32,000 nucleotides of DNA from Cupriavidus necator (GTDB lineage: Bacteria; Pseudomonadota; Gammaproteobacteria; Burkholderiales; Burkholderiaceae): assembly GCF_016127575.1 (NCBI RefSeq), contig NZ_CP066019.1, positions 1,290,001-1,322,000 on the forward strand, written 5' to 3'. Of this stretch, positions 1-7,088 are shown piece by piece. The notes under the pieces are model-generated. The model was not told where the DNA came from, did not search any database, and saw nothing but the letters and a program-made list of their open reading frames with translations. Numbering within the stretch: position 1 is the stretch's first letter; each line of letters begins with the position of its first letter. The translations under genes and the position numbers were made by a program.

Positions 1-629
1 AGCTTGACGTAGCGGTCCATCAGCTTGGCGAACAGCGGGCCGGCGAGGGCTGCCGTGGGAATGCCAACGATCAGCGCGTACATGATGGTCTTGCCGATGT
101 CGGCGCCATAGGCGGTCACCGCCAGCAGCGCGGCCGGGTGCGGCGGGATCAGGCCGTGCACCACGGACAGGCCGGCCACCATCGGGATGCCGACCAGCAC
201 CATCGACGTGCCGGTGCGCTTGGCCACGTTGAAGGCGATCGGCACCAGCAGCACGAAGCCCACTTCAAAGAACACCGGCAGGCCGACGATAAAGGCGATG
301 GTGGCCATCGCCCAATGCACGTTCTTCGCGCCGAAGAAATCGATCAGTGTGTTCGCGATGCGCTCCGCGCCGCCGGATTCGGCCATCATCTTGCCGAGCA
401 TGGTGCCAAGGCCGACCACCAGCGCGATATGGCCCAGCGTGCCGCCGACACCGGCTTCAAAGGACTTGACGATGTCGCCCATCGGCATGCCCACGGCAAA
501 GCCGAGCAGCACCGATACGACCACCAGGGTAATGAAGGGGTTGAGCTTGAAGCGCGCGATCAGCACCACCAGTGCGATCACTGCGATCAGCGCATACACC
601 AAGAGCGTGGTTCCGGTGACGGCACCCAT
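1..629 (-). CDS. GntP-family (gluconate/acid-sugar:H+) permease, N-terminal ~209 codons; the gene runs off the window start
   Basis: Absent from the ORF track because it is open at the window edge. The reverse complement from 629 reads AAGGAGACTAT-ATG, then MGAVTGTTLLVYALIAVIALVVLIARFKLNPFITLVVVSVLLGFAVGMPMGDIVKSFEAGVGGTLGHIALVVGLGTMLGKMMAESGGAERIANTLIDFFG...VHGLIPPHPAALLAV. This follows E. coli GntT/GntP-type signatures as I remember them (RFK.N.F, GVGGTLG, G.MLGKM, HG.(L/I)PPHP). A strong SD (AAGGAG) precedes the ATG. Confidence 0.85.
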   Translation of the reverse strand, partial: MGAVTGTTLLVYALIAVIALVVLIARFKLNPFITLVVVSVLLGFAVGMPMGDIVKSFEAGVGGTLGHIALVVGLGTMLGKMMAESGGAERIANTLIDFFGAKNVHWAMATIAFIVGLPVFFEVGFVLLVPIAFNVAKRTGTSMVLVGIPMVAGLSVVHGLIPPHPAALLAVTAYGADIGKTIMYALIVGIPTAALAGPLFAKLMDRYVK

Positions 630-690
630 ATAGTCTCCTTGTGTGGAAAAAATGCCGCTTGTGGCGGCAGGGGTTAGTTTTTAGTTTTTC

Positions 691-716
691 CCCTCTCCCG
701 CGGTAGCGGGAGAGGG
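691..716. other. GC-rich 11-bp stem-loop in the ridA-gntP intercistronic spacer
   Basis: ccctctcccgc (691-701) / ggta / gcgggagaggg (706-716) is a perfect inverted repeat. On the coding (minus) strand it is followed by an A-rich tract, not a U-rich one, so it is not a canonical terminator. Confidence 0.5.
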
Positions 717-739
717 CACGCAATCCGCAGGCAGCAGGC

Positions 740-1132
740 TCAGGCCGCCGGCTTCTTGTAGGCGATGCAGTCCACTTCGACCTTGCAGTCCACCACCATG
801 CTCGACTGCACGCAGGCGCGCGCGGGCGGGTTGGCGCCGAAGTATTCCTTGAAGATCTTGTTGAACGAGGCGAAGTCGCGCGTGTCGTCCAGCCAGACGC
901 CGCAGCGCACCACGTGCTCCGGGCCGTAGCCGGCCTCGGCCAGGATGGCCAGCACGTTCTTGATGGCCTGGTGGGTCTGGGGCACGATGCCGCCGTCGAT
1001 GACCTCGCCGCTGACCATCGGCACCTGGCCGGAGACGTAGAGCCAGCCGTCGGCCGCGACCGCGCGGGCAAAGGGCATGTGCTGGCCGCCGGTACCGGTG
1101 CCGCCTTCGACGCCGAATCGTTTGATGTCCAT
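740..1132 (-). CDS. ridA: RidA/YjgF/UK114-family reactive enamine-imine deaminase
   Basis: Internal ATG (complement of 1130-1132) of track ORF 740..1390. The product MDIKRFGVEGGTGTGGQHMPFARAVAADGWLYVSGQVPMVSGEVIDGGIVPQTHQAIKNVLAILAEAGYGPEHVVRCGVWLDDTRDFASFNKIFKEYFG...ARACVQSSMVVDCKVEVDCIAYK has typical RidA length (130 aa) and layout. The upstream 86 codons of the track ORF are Pro/Arg/Ser-rich and overlap the 3' end of the neighbouring gene. Confidence 0.85.
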   Translation of the reverse strand: MDIKRFGVEGGTGTGGQHMPFARAVAADGWLYVSGQVPMVSGEVIDGGIVPQTHQAIKNVLAILAEAGYGPEHVVRCGVWLDDTRDFASFNKIFKEYFGANPPARACVQSSMVVDCKVEVDCIAYKKPAA

Positions 1133-1184
1133 GGGTACTCCTGGGATGGGTTGGATATGGGAAGGAAGGAGGGCAGCGCGCCGG

Positions 1185-2657
1185 TCAGGCGGCGCCGAAC
1201 TCAGGCCGCGAGCCTCGCGGCAGGAACCGGCCGGCGCGCACGCCGGTGGCCTGGCGCTGCTGCCATGACAGCTCGCCGTTGACCCAGACCGCGGCAATGC
1301 CCTCGGCCGGTTGCATGGGATCGGTAAAGCTGGCCGCATCTCGGATGGTGGTGGCGTCGAACAGCACCAGGTCGGCCCAGTAGCCTTCACGCACGAAGCC
1401 GCGCTCCTGCAGCCCGAAGCGCTCGGCGGACATGCCGGTCATCTTGTTGACGGCCACCGTCAGCGGGAACAGCTCGCGGTCGCGGGCGTAGTGGCCCAGC
1501 ACGCGCGGGAAGGCGCCCCACAGGCGCGGATGCGGCAGCGGGTCGTTGGGCAGCCCGTCCGACCCGACCACCGTGGCCGGATGGCTCAGGATGCGGTCGA
1601 CGTCGGCGTCTTCCATGCAGTGGTAGACCGCGCCCGCGGGCATCAGCCGGCGCGCGGCTTCGTGCAGGTTTACCTGCCATTCGGCGGCGATATCGGCCAG
1701 CAGGCGGCCGCCCATCTCGGGCGCGCCTTCGGACCAGGTCACCATGATGTCGAAGTCGCTGGTGACCTGCTTCAGGTCCAGCGTGGAGGAGCTGGCGGTG
1801 TAGGGGTAGCAGTCGCAGCCCACCGGCTGCCAGCGCTGCGCACCGTCGAGCGCGTCCAGCACCTCGGTGCTGCGGCCCCAGTTGGCCACGCCCGCGCATT
1901 TCAGGTGCGAGATCACCACCGGCACGCGCGCATGGCGGCCGATGCGGAAGGCCTCATCCATGGCGTCGAGGATCTCGGCGAACTCGCTGCGCAGGTGGGT
2001 GGCGTAGAGCGCGCCGGCCTTGGCCAGCGGTTCGGCCAGCGCCAGCACCTCATCGGTCGGCGCGCTGAAGGCGTTGGCGTAGGCCAGGCCCGTGGACAGG
2101 CCCAGCGCGCCGTGCTGCAGCGCTTCTTCCAGCTGCGCGCGCATTGCCGCGATTTCTTCCGGCGTGGCGGCGCGGTCGAAGCGGTCCATATGGTTGCTGC
2201 GCAGCGCGGTATGGCCGACCAGCGCGGCAACGTTGACCGCGGGCTGCGCGGCTTCCACCGCATCGACGTAGGACTTGAAATCCGGGTAGCGGAAGGCGTC
2301 GGCATGGCCGAGCAGGTTCATCGGGTCGGGCGGCTCGCCCGCCAGCGTCACCGGTGCGGCGCTGATGCCGCAGTTGCCGACCACCACCGTGGTCACGCCC
2401 TGCGACAGCTTGGGCGTCATCGCGGGCTGGCGCACCACGTTGGTATCGTCGTGCGTATGCACGTCGACAAAGCCCGGTGCAAGGACCAGGCCGTCGCCTT
2501 CGACTACATGCGAGGCGGCGTCGGGATCGATCGCGCCGGCTTCATCGATGCGGGCGATGCGGCCGTCGCGCAGGGCCACGTCGGCCAGGCGTGCGGCGGC
2601 GCCGGAGCCGTCGATCAGGGTGACGCAGCGGATCAGGGTATCGAACAGGTGTGGCAT
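1185..2657 (-). CDS. D-aminoacylase-family amidohydrolase (N-acyl-D-amino acid deacylase-like)
   Basis: 490-aa ORF. It has the N-terminal beta-sandwich plus metal motif GFVDVHTHDD, the VVGNCGIS motif and HLKCAG, and a C-terminal LVLFD...D pattern, all typical of the D-aminoacylase (Amidohydro_3) family. The start codon lies 2 nt after the rpiR stop, so the two are co-transcribed. Confidence 0.85.
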   Translation of the reverse strand: MPHLFDTLIRCVTLIDGSGAAARLADVALRDGRIARIDEAGAIDPDAASHVVEGDGLVLAPGFVDVHTHDDTNVVRQPAMTPKLSQGVTTVVVGNCGISAAPVTLAGEPPDPMNLLGHADAFRYPDFKSYVDAVEAAQPAVNVAALVGHTALRSNHMDRFDRAATPEEIAAMRAQLEEALQHGALGLSTGLAYANAFSAPTDEVLALAEPLAKAGALYATHLRSEFAEILDAMDEAFRIGRHARVPVVISHLKCAGVANWGRSTEVLDALDGAQRWQPVGCDCYPYTASSSTLDLKQVTSDFDIMVTWSEGAPEMGGRLLADIAAEWQVNLHEAARRLMPAGAVYHCMEDADVDRILSHPATVVGSDGLPNDPLPHPRLWGAFPRVLGHYARDRELFPLTVAVNKMTGMSAERFGLQERGFVREGYWADLVLFDATTIRDAASFTDPMQPAEGIAAVWVNGELSWQQRQATGVRAGRFLPRGSRPEFGAA

Positions 2658-2659
2658 GG

Positions 2660-3565
2660 TCAGTCTCCGAGCGGCTGGCGGCTGTCAGGGCCCCGGGCGG
2701 GGCCGCTTTCGCCGCGGTGGCTGTCCAGCACGTACTTGAGCCGGCGCAGGCGCTCTTTGCTCTGGTCCGGCTGCAACAGCGCGCATTGCGTGGCGAGCAC
2801 GTCCAGCACCATCAGCATGGCGTAGCGCGATGCCGACGGTTTGAAAATGAAATCCGTCTCCAGCGTGCGCACCGGCAGCAGCACGTCGGCGCGCGCGGCC
2901 AGTGGCGAGCCCAGCGCGGTCACGGCCACCAGGCGGGCACCGTACTCGCGCGCGATATCGCAGCTGGCCAGCATCTCCGGCACGCGGCCGCTGGCCGAGA
3001 AGGCCAGCACCACGTCGTCGCGGCCCAGCGTGGCCGCCACCATCTTCTGTAGCAGCGCGTCCTGGTAGCTCGCCACCGGCTGGCCCAGGCGCGCCAGGCG
3101 ATGGCGGGCCTCGTCGGCCATGAACGACGAGCCGCCGCCCATGCCAAAAGCGTAGACCATGCGTGCGCCGAGCAACAGGCGCGCGGCCTGTTCGATGCGC
3201 TGCGCATCCATCATGCCGCGGTTGACTTCGAGCGCGGTGAGGATGTCGGCGTGGATGCTGTCAGCGAGTGTGGCCGGGGTGGCTTCACCGGCGGGAACGC
3301 TGCCGGGCTGCAGGAAGCGCGCACCCACCGCGGTGGCCTGCGCCAGGCGCAGCTTCAGGTCGCGCACGTCGCGGCAGCCGATGGCCTTGGCAAAGCGCGT
3401 CACGCTGGCCTCGCTGACGCCGGCCTTGCGCGCCAGCTCATTGATGCTGGCGGCGGCCGCGCCGGCCAGGTCTTCCAGTACCACCTGCGCCACCTTCTGC
3501 TCGGCCAGGCGCAGCGCGGGGCCGCGCTCGGCGATGCGGGTCAGGATGTCGAAGGGCGCAGTCAT
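2660..3565 (-). CDS. RpiR/MurR-family transcriptional regulator (HTH_6 + SIS domain)
   Basis: N-terminus ...LRLAEQKVAQVVLEDL...ASINELARKAGVSEASVTRFAKAIGCRDVRDLKLRLAQ is the RpiR HTH. The C-terminal half (VYAFGMGGGSSFMADEARHRLARLG...VVLAFSASGRVPEM) is a sugar-phosphate-binding SIS domain. Confidence 0.85.
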   Translation of the reverse strand: MTAPFDILTRIAERGPALRLAEQKVAQVVLEDLAGAAAASINELARKAGVSEASVTRFAKAIGCRDVRDLKLRLAQATAVGARFLQPGSVPAGEATPATLADSIHADILTALEVNRGMMDAQRIEQAARLLLGARMVYAFGMGGGSSFMADEARHRLARLGQPVASYQDALLQKMVAATLGRDDVVLAFSASGRVPEMLASCDIAREYGARLVAVTALGSPLAARADVLLPVRTLETDFIFKPSASRYAMLMVLDVLATQCALLQPDQSKERLRRLKYVLDSHRGESGPARGPDSRQPLGD

Positions 3566-3737
3566 GGGCGGCAGGTCTGGTCGGAAGACGGGTCGGATCG
3601 AAATGTGACGAAAACTGCGGTGCTTGCAGGCAGGGGCTATAACAGTGATTGGCGCACGTGGCGGATGCCAGTCGCGTGGTCCCGGCTAGCCCTTCCGGGC
3701 ATCTGCGTGTTACTTTATAACAAGGATGAAATATCTT

Positions 3738-3779
3738 ATTTTCAGGGCTATCATTACGTCAATCAGATTTTTTCAGGGT
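3738..3779 (+). promoter_or_regulatory. Direct repeat TTTTCAGGG x2 (31-nt period) in the AT-rich divergent control region; candidate regulator half-sites. The second copy may double as the SD.
   Basis: ttttcaggg occurs at 3739-3747 and again at 3770-3778, immediately 5' of the deaminase start. The surrounding 3700-3780 is the most AT-rich stretch of this locus. TATAACA is also repeated at 3639-3645 and 3715-3721. Confidence 0.3.
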
Positions 3780-5058
3780 GATGACAAGCATGCGTGAAAT
3801 AAAGTATCAGGCTGGCGTGATCGATCCGCTCAACAAGGCGCTGGGACGGATGGAGACCCCGATCGCCCCGGATGCGGCCGGCCAGACCGGCTGGAACCTG
3901 TTGCGGGAAGAGCTGAGCCTGCCGGCCGCGGTGCTCTATGAAGACCGGCTTGCGCATAACCTGGAATGGATGCGCCGCTTCATGAACGAATACGGCGTGC
4001 AGCTTGCGCCGCATGGCAAGACCACCATGGCGCCCAAGCTGTTTGCGCGCCAGCTTGGCGCCGGCGCGTGGGGCATCACGCTGGCCACCGCGCACCAGAC
4101 CGCTGCCGCGCATGCGCACGGCGTCAAGCGCGTGCTGATGGCCAACCAGCTGGTGGGCCGGCGCAATATGGAAATCATCGCTGACCTGCTGCGCGATCCG
4201 GATTTCGAATTTTTCGCGCTGGTGGACTCGGCCGCGCTGGTCGACCAGCTCGGCAAGTTCTTCCAGGAGCGCGGCCAGAAGCTGCAGGTGCTGCTGGAAC
4301 TGGGCGTGGAAGGCGGGCGCACCGGCGTACGCGACGACGCGCAGCAGCAGGCCGTGCTGGACGCGCTGGCGCGCTGGCCGCAGGCGCTGTCGCTGGCCGG
4401 CGTCGAGATCTATGAAGGCGTGCTCAAGGAAGAAGCCGATATCCGCAAGTTCCTGCAGCGCACCGTGGCGGTAACGCGGCAGCTGGCACAGGAAGGCCGC
4501 TTCGGCCGCAGCCCGGTGGTGATGTCGGGCGCGGGTTCGGCCTGGTACGACGTGGTGGCCGAGGAATTCGCGCGCACCGAGATCGGCGCGCCGATCGACA
4601 TCGTGCTGCGCCCGGGCTGCTACCTGACGCATGACGTGGGCATCTACCGCGCCGCGCAGCAGCGCATCCTGGCCAGCAACCCGGTCGCGCAGAAGATGCG
4701 CGAGGGCCTGCTGCCGGCGCTGCAGCTGTGGGCCTATGTGCAGTCGATCCCCGAGCCGGACCGCGTCATCATCGGCATGGGCAAGCGCGATGCGGCCTTC
4801 GACGCCGGCATGCCGATCCCGGCACGGCTGTACCGGCCTGGCACCGAGGCGCCGGTGGACGTCCCCGCGCATTGGGAAGTCACCGGCATGATGGACCAGC
4901 ACGCCTACCTGCAGGTCAAGCCTGGCGACGACGTTCAGGTCGGCGACATGATCGCCTTCGATATCTCGCACCCGTGCCTGACTTTCGACAAGTGGCGCCA
5001 TATCCCGGTGCTGGACAGCGAAATGCGCGTGATCGACATCGTGCAAACCTTCTTCTGA
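3778..5058 (+). CDS. Fold-type III PLP 'amino acid deaminase' (D-serine dehydratase-like / alanine-racemase N-terminal domain family); candidate amino-sugar-acid ammonia-lyase
   Basis: 426-aa ORF. LAPHGKTTMAP carries the H-x-K-T PLP-lysine motif of the DSD1/D-threonine-aldolase-like family. The C-terminal MMDQHAYL...GD.I.FDISHPC resembles the metal/His-Cys region of that family. The start is ambiguous: GTG 3778, ATG 3781 or ATG 3790. Confidence 0.75.
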   Translation: MMTSMREIKYQAGVIDPLNKALGRMETPIAPDAAGQTGWNLLREELSLPAAVLYEDRLAHNLEWMRRFMNEYGVQLAPHGKTTMAPKLFARQLGAGAWGITLATAHQTAAAHAHGVKRVLMANQLVGRRNMEIIADLLRDPDFEFFALVDSAALVDQLGKFFQERGQKLQVLLELGVEGGRTGVRDDAQQQAVLDALARWPQALSLAGVEIYEGVLKEEADIRKFLQRTVAVTRQLAQEGRFGRSPVVMSGAGSAWYDVVAEEFARTEIGAPIDIVLRPGCYLTHDVGIYRAAQQRILASNPVAQKMREGLLPALQLWAYVQSIPEPDRVIIGMGKRDAAFDAGMPIPARLYRPGTEAPVDVPAHWEVTGMMDQHAYLQVKPGDDVQVGDMIAFDISHPCLTFDKWRHIPVLDSEMRVIDIVQTFF

Positions 5059-5071
5059 GGCAGGCAGCCCC

Positions 5072-6007
5072 ATGAGCATCGATATCCTGGCCTACGGCGA
5101 ACCGCTGGTGGAGTTCAACCAACAGCCCGACGATCCATCGCGCTACCTGCAAGGCTTTGGCGGCGACACTTCCAACTTCTGCATTGCCGCTGCGCGCCAG
5201 GGCGCCAGCACCGGCTATATCTGCGCGGTCGGTGCCGACACCTTCGGCGAGCGCCTGCGCGCGCTATGGACGCAGGAGCGGGTCGATACCCGCCACGTGC
5301 GCGTCGACCCGAGCGCGCCTACCGGGGTCTACTTTGTCTCGCACGACAACCACGGCCACCGCTTCGATTACCTGCGCGAAGGCTCTGCTGCCAGCCGCTA
5401 CCAGCACGAGCATCTGCCGCTGGGCGCGATCGCCGCGGCGCGCTACCTGCACCTGTCGGGCATCAGCCTGGCCATCAGCACCAGCGCCTGCGATGCCGGG
5501 CTGGACGCGATGGAGCATGCGCGCAAGGCCGGCACCAAGGTCACGCTGGACACCAACCTGCGGCTGCGGCTGTGGTCGCTGGCGCGCGCGCGCGGCATCA
5601 TGCGCGAGGCCCTGATGCTGACCGACGTGTGCCTGCCCAGCTGGGATGACATCACCGTGCTGACCGGGTTGGACGACCGCGACGCCATCGTCGACTACCT
5701 GCTGGGCTGCGGCATCGGCCTGGTCGCGCTGAAGCTGGGCGAAGAGGGCTCCTATGTGGCCACGCCAGAGTCGCGCGCGCTGGTGCCGCCTTATCCGGTC
5801 AAGCCGGTCGATGCCACCGGGGCGGGCGACTGCTTCGGCGGCAGCTTTGTTGCGCGCCTGGCCGCGGGTGCCGACCCGTTCGAGGCGGCGCGTTATGCCA
5901 ACGTGGCTGCCGCGCTGTCGACCACCGGTTATGGCGCGGTGGCGCCGATCCCCGACGCCCAGACCGTGCTGGGCCGGCTGGCACAGTCGGTGTCGGTGAT
6001 CGCATGA
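5072..6007 (+). CDS. kdgK: 2-dehydro-3-deoxygluconokinase (PfkB/ribokinase family)
   Basis: MSIDILAYGEPLVEFNQQ...YLQGFGGDTSNFCIAAARQG... and the C-terminal VDATGAGDCFGGSFVARL (PfkB signature 2) match KdgK-type kinases. It sits between a deaminase and eda. Confidence 0.85.
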   Translation: MSIDILAYGEPLVEFNQQPDDPSRYLQGFGGDTSNFCIAAARQGASTGYICAVGADTFGERLRALWTQERVDTRHVRVDPSAPTGVYFVSHDNHGHRFDYLREGSAASRYQHEHLPLGAIAAARYLHLSGISLAISTSACDAGLDAMEHARKAGTKVTLDTNLRLRLWSLARARGIMREALMLTDVCLPSWDDITVLTGLDDRDAIVDYLLGCGIGLVALKLGEEGSYVATPESRALVPPYPVKPVDATGAGDCFGGSFVARLAAGADPFEAARYANVAAALSTTGYGAVAPIPDAQTVLGRLAQSVSVIA

Positions 6008-6072
6008 CCCGGTTGGCCTGAACTCCTGCTTCCCTGAAACCCTGCTCCTGCACTCCCTACTCCGAGACAGCC

Positions 6073-6717
6073 ATGCAAAACCAGACTTCCCCGCTGCTTC
6101 AACGCCTTGCCGACGTGCCGGTGATCCCGGTGCTGGAATTCCACTCGGTCGACGAGGCCCTGCACGTCAGCGAGGCACTGGTCACCGGCGGCTTGCCGCT
6201 GCTTGAGATCACGCTGCGTACGCCGGTGGCACTGGAGGCGATCAAGGCGGTGGCGGCAGCCTTGCCGCAGGCCTGCGTCGGAGCCGGCACGGTGCTGAAC
6301 GTCGAGCAGCTGCACGCCGTGCGCGATGCGGGCGCGCAGTTTGCCGTCTCGCCCGGCCTGACCCCGGCGCTGGCCGAGGGCGCGCAGGGCGCGGGCATCT
6401 CGCTGCTGCCGGGCGTGGCCACCGCCAGTGAGGCGATGGCGGCGCTGGAAGCCGGCTTCACCTTCCTCAAGTTCTTCCCGGCGCAGGCAGCGGGCGGCGT
6501 GCCGATGCTGAAGTCGCTGGGCGGCCCGCTGCCGCAGCTGCGCTTCTGCCCGACCGGCGGCATCGACGCCGCGCTGGCGCCGACCTACCTGGCGCTGCCG
6601 AACGTGGTGTGCGTGGGCGGTTCGTGGGTGGTGCCCAAGGACGCGGTTGCCAGTGGCGACTGGGGCCGCATCCGCACGCTGGCCGAGCAGGCCAGGGCAT
6701 TGCGCAACAAGCGCTGA
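6073..6717 (+). CDS. eda: 2-dehydro-3-deoxy-6-phosphogluconate (KDPG) / KHG aldolase
   Basis: VIPVLEF...EALVTGGLPLLEITLRTP.ALEAIKA...VGAGTVLN...GATFLKFFPA (Schiff-base Lys in FLKFFPA)...FCPTGGI...VGGSW is the canonical Eda layout, and the length is 214 aa. Confidence 0.9.
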   Translation: MQNQTSPLLQRLADVPVIPVLEFHSVDEALHVSEALVTGGLPLLEITLRTPVALEAIKAVAAALPQACVGAGTVLNVEQLHAVRDAGAQFAVSPGLTPALAEGAQGAGISLLPGVATASEAMAALEAGFTFLKFFPAQAAGGVPMLKSLGGPLPQLRFCPTGGIDAALAPTYLALPNVVCVGGSWVVPKDAVASGDWGRIRTLAEQARALRNKR

Positions 6718-6726
6718 GCAGCGGCA

Positions 6727-6758
6727 GCGCAAAGAGAAACGGCACGCCATGCGGCGTG
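6727..6758. terminator. Bidirectional rho-independent terminator shared by eda (+) and the entericidin-like gene (-)
   Basis: aaac-ggcacgcc-atgc-ggcgtgcc-gttttc. The perfect 8-bp GC stem is extended by AAAC/GTTT. It has a U-run on the plus strand (gtttt) and a U-rich tail on the minus strand (tttctcttt). Confidence 0.7.
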
Positions 6759-6812
6759 CCGTTTTCATATCGACGCGGTCCGGGCCGCATCAGACTTGGG
6801 GGGGCTGGCGGC

Positions 6813-6944
6813 TTACTTGTGACGGTCCGCCGAGCTTTCGAGCTTCTGGCCACCGCGCTGAATGTCCTGGCCGAGCCCCGCCATCGTGTTGCATCCAGCC
6901 AACAGTGTGGCAAACAAAATGCACCAGATCCAACCTTTCTTCAC
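6813..6944 (-). CDS. Entericidin A/B-family small lipoprotein (43 aa)
   Basis: Too short for the ORF track. The minus strand reads AAAGGAGCCCGGC-GTG AAG AAA GGT TGG ... = VKKGWIWCILFATLLAGCNTMAGLGQDIQRGGQKLESSADRHK*. It has a lipobox L-L-A-G-C followed by NTxxGxGxDIxxxG, as in E. coli EcnA/EcnB. The GTG start has a good SD. Confidence 0.7.
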   Translation of the reverse strand: MKKGWIWCILFATLLAGCNTMAGLGQDIQRGGQKLESSADRHK

Positions 6945-7088
6945 GCCGGGCTCCTTTCGAGGATTTCAAGAATCGAGAGATTCAGGGATTGAGGGATTTG
7001 CGCCGATTTTACCGCTGCTGTGAGCGGGTTTGACATCTGGTATGTGCCAATTTGTAAATCGTGCATCGGGCGCAACGCCAGCCGCTTC

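Noticed and set aside
3763-5079. 438-aa minus-strand ORF covering the deaminase gene
   Set aside because: It is antisense to a plus-strand ORF with a PLP-lysine motif and operon context. Its composition (R/A/H/D/L runs) is typical of a high-GC shadow ORF.
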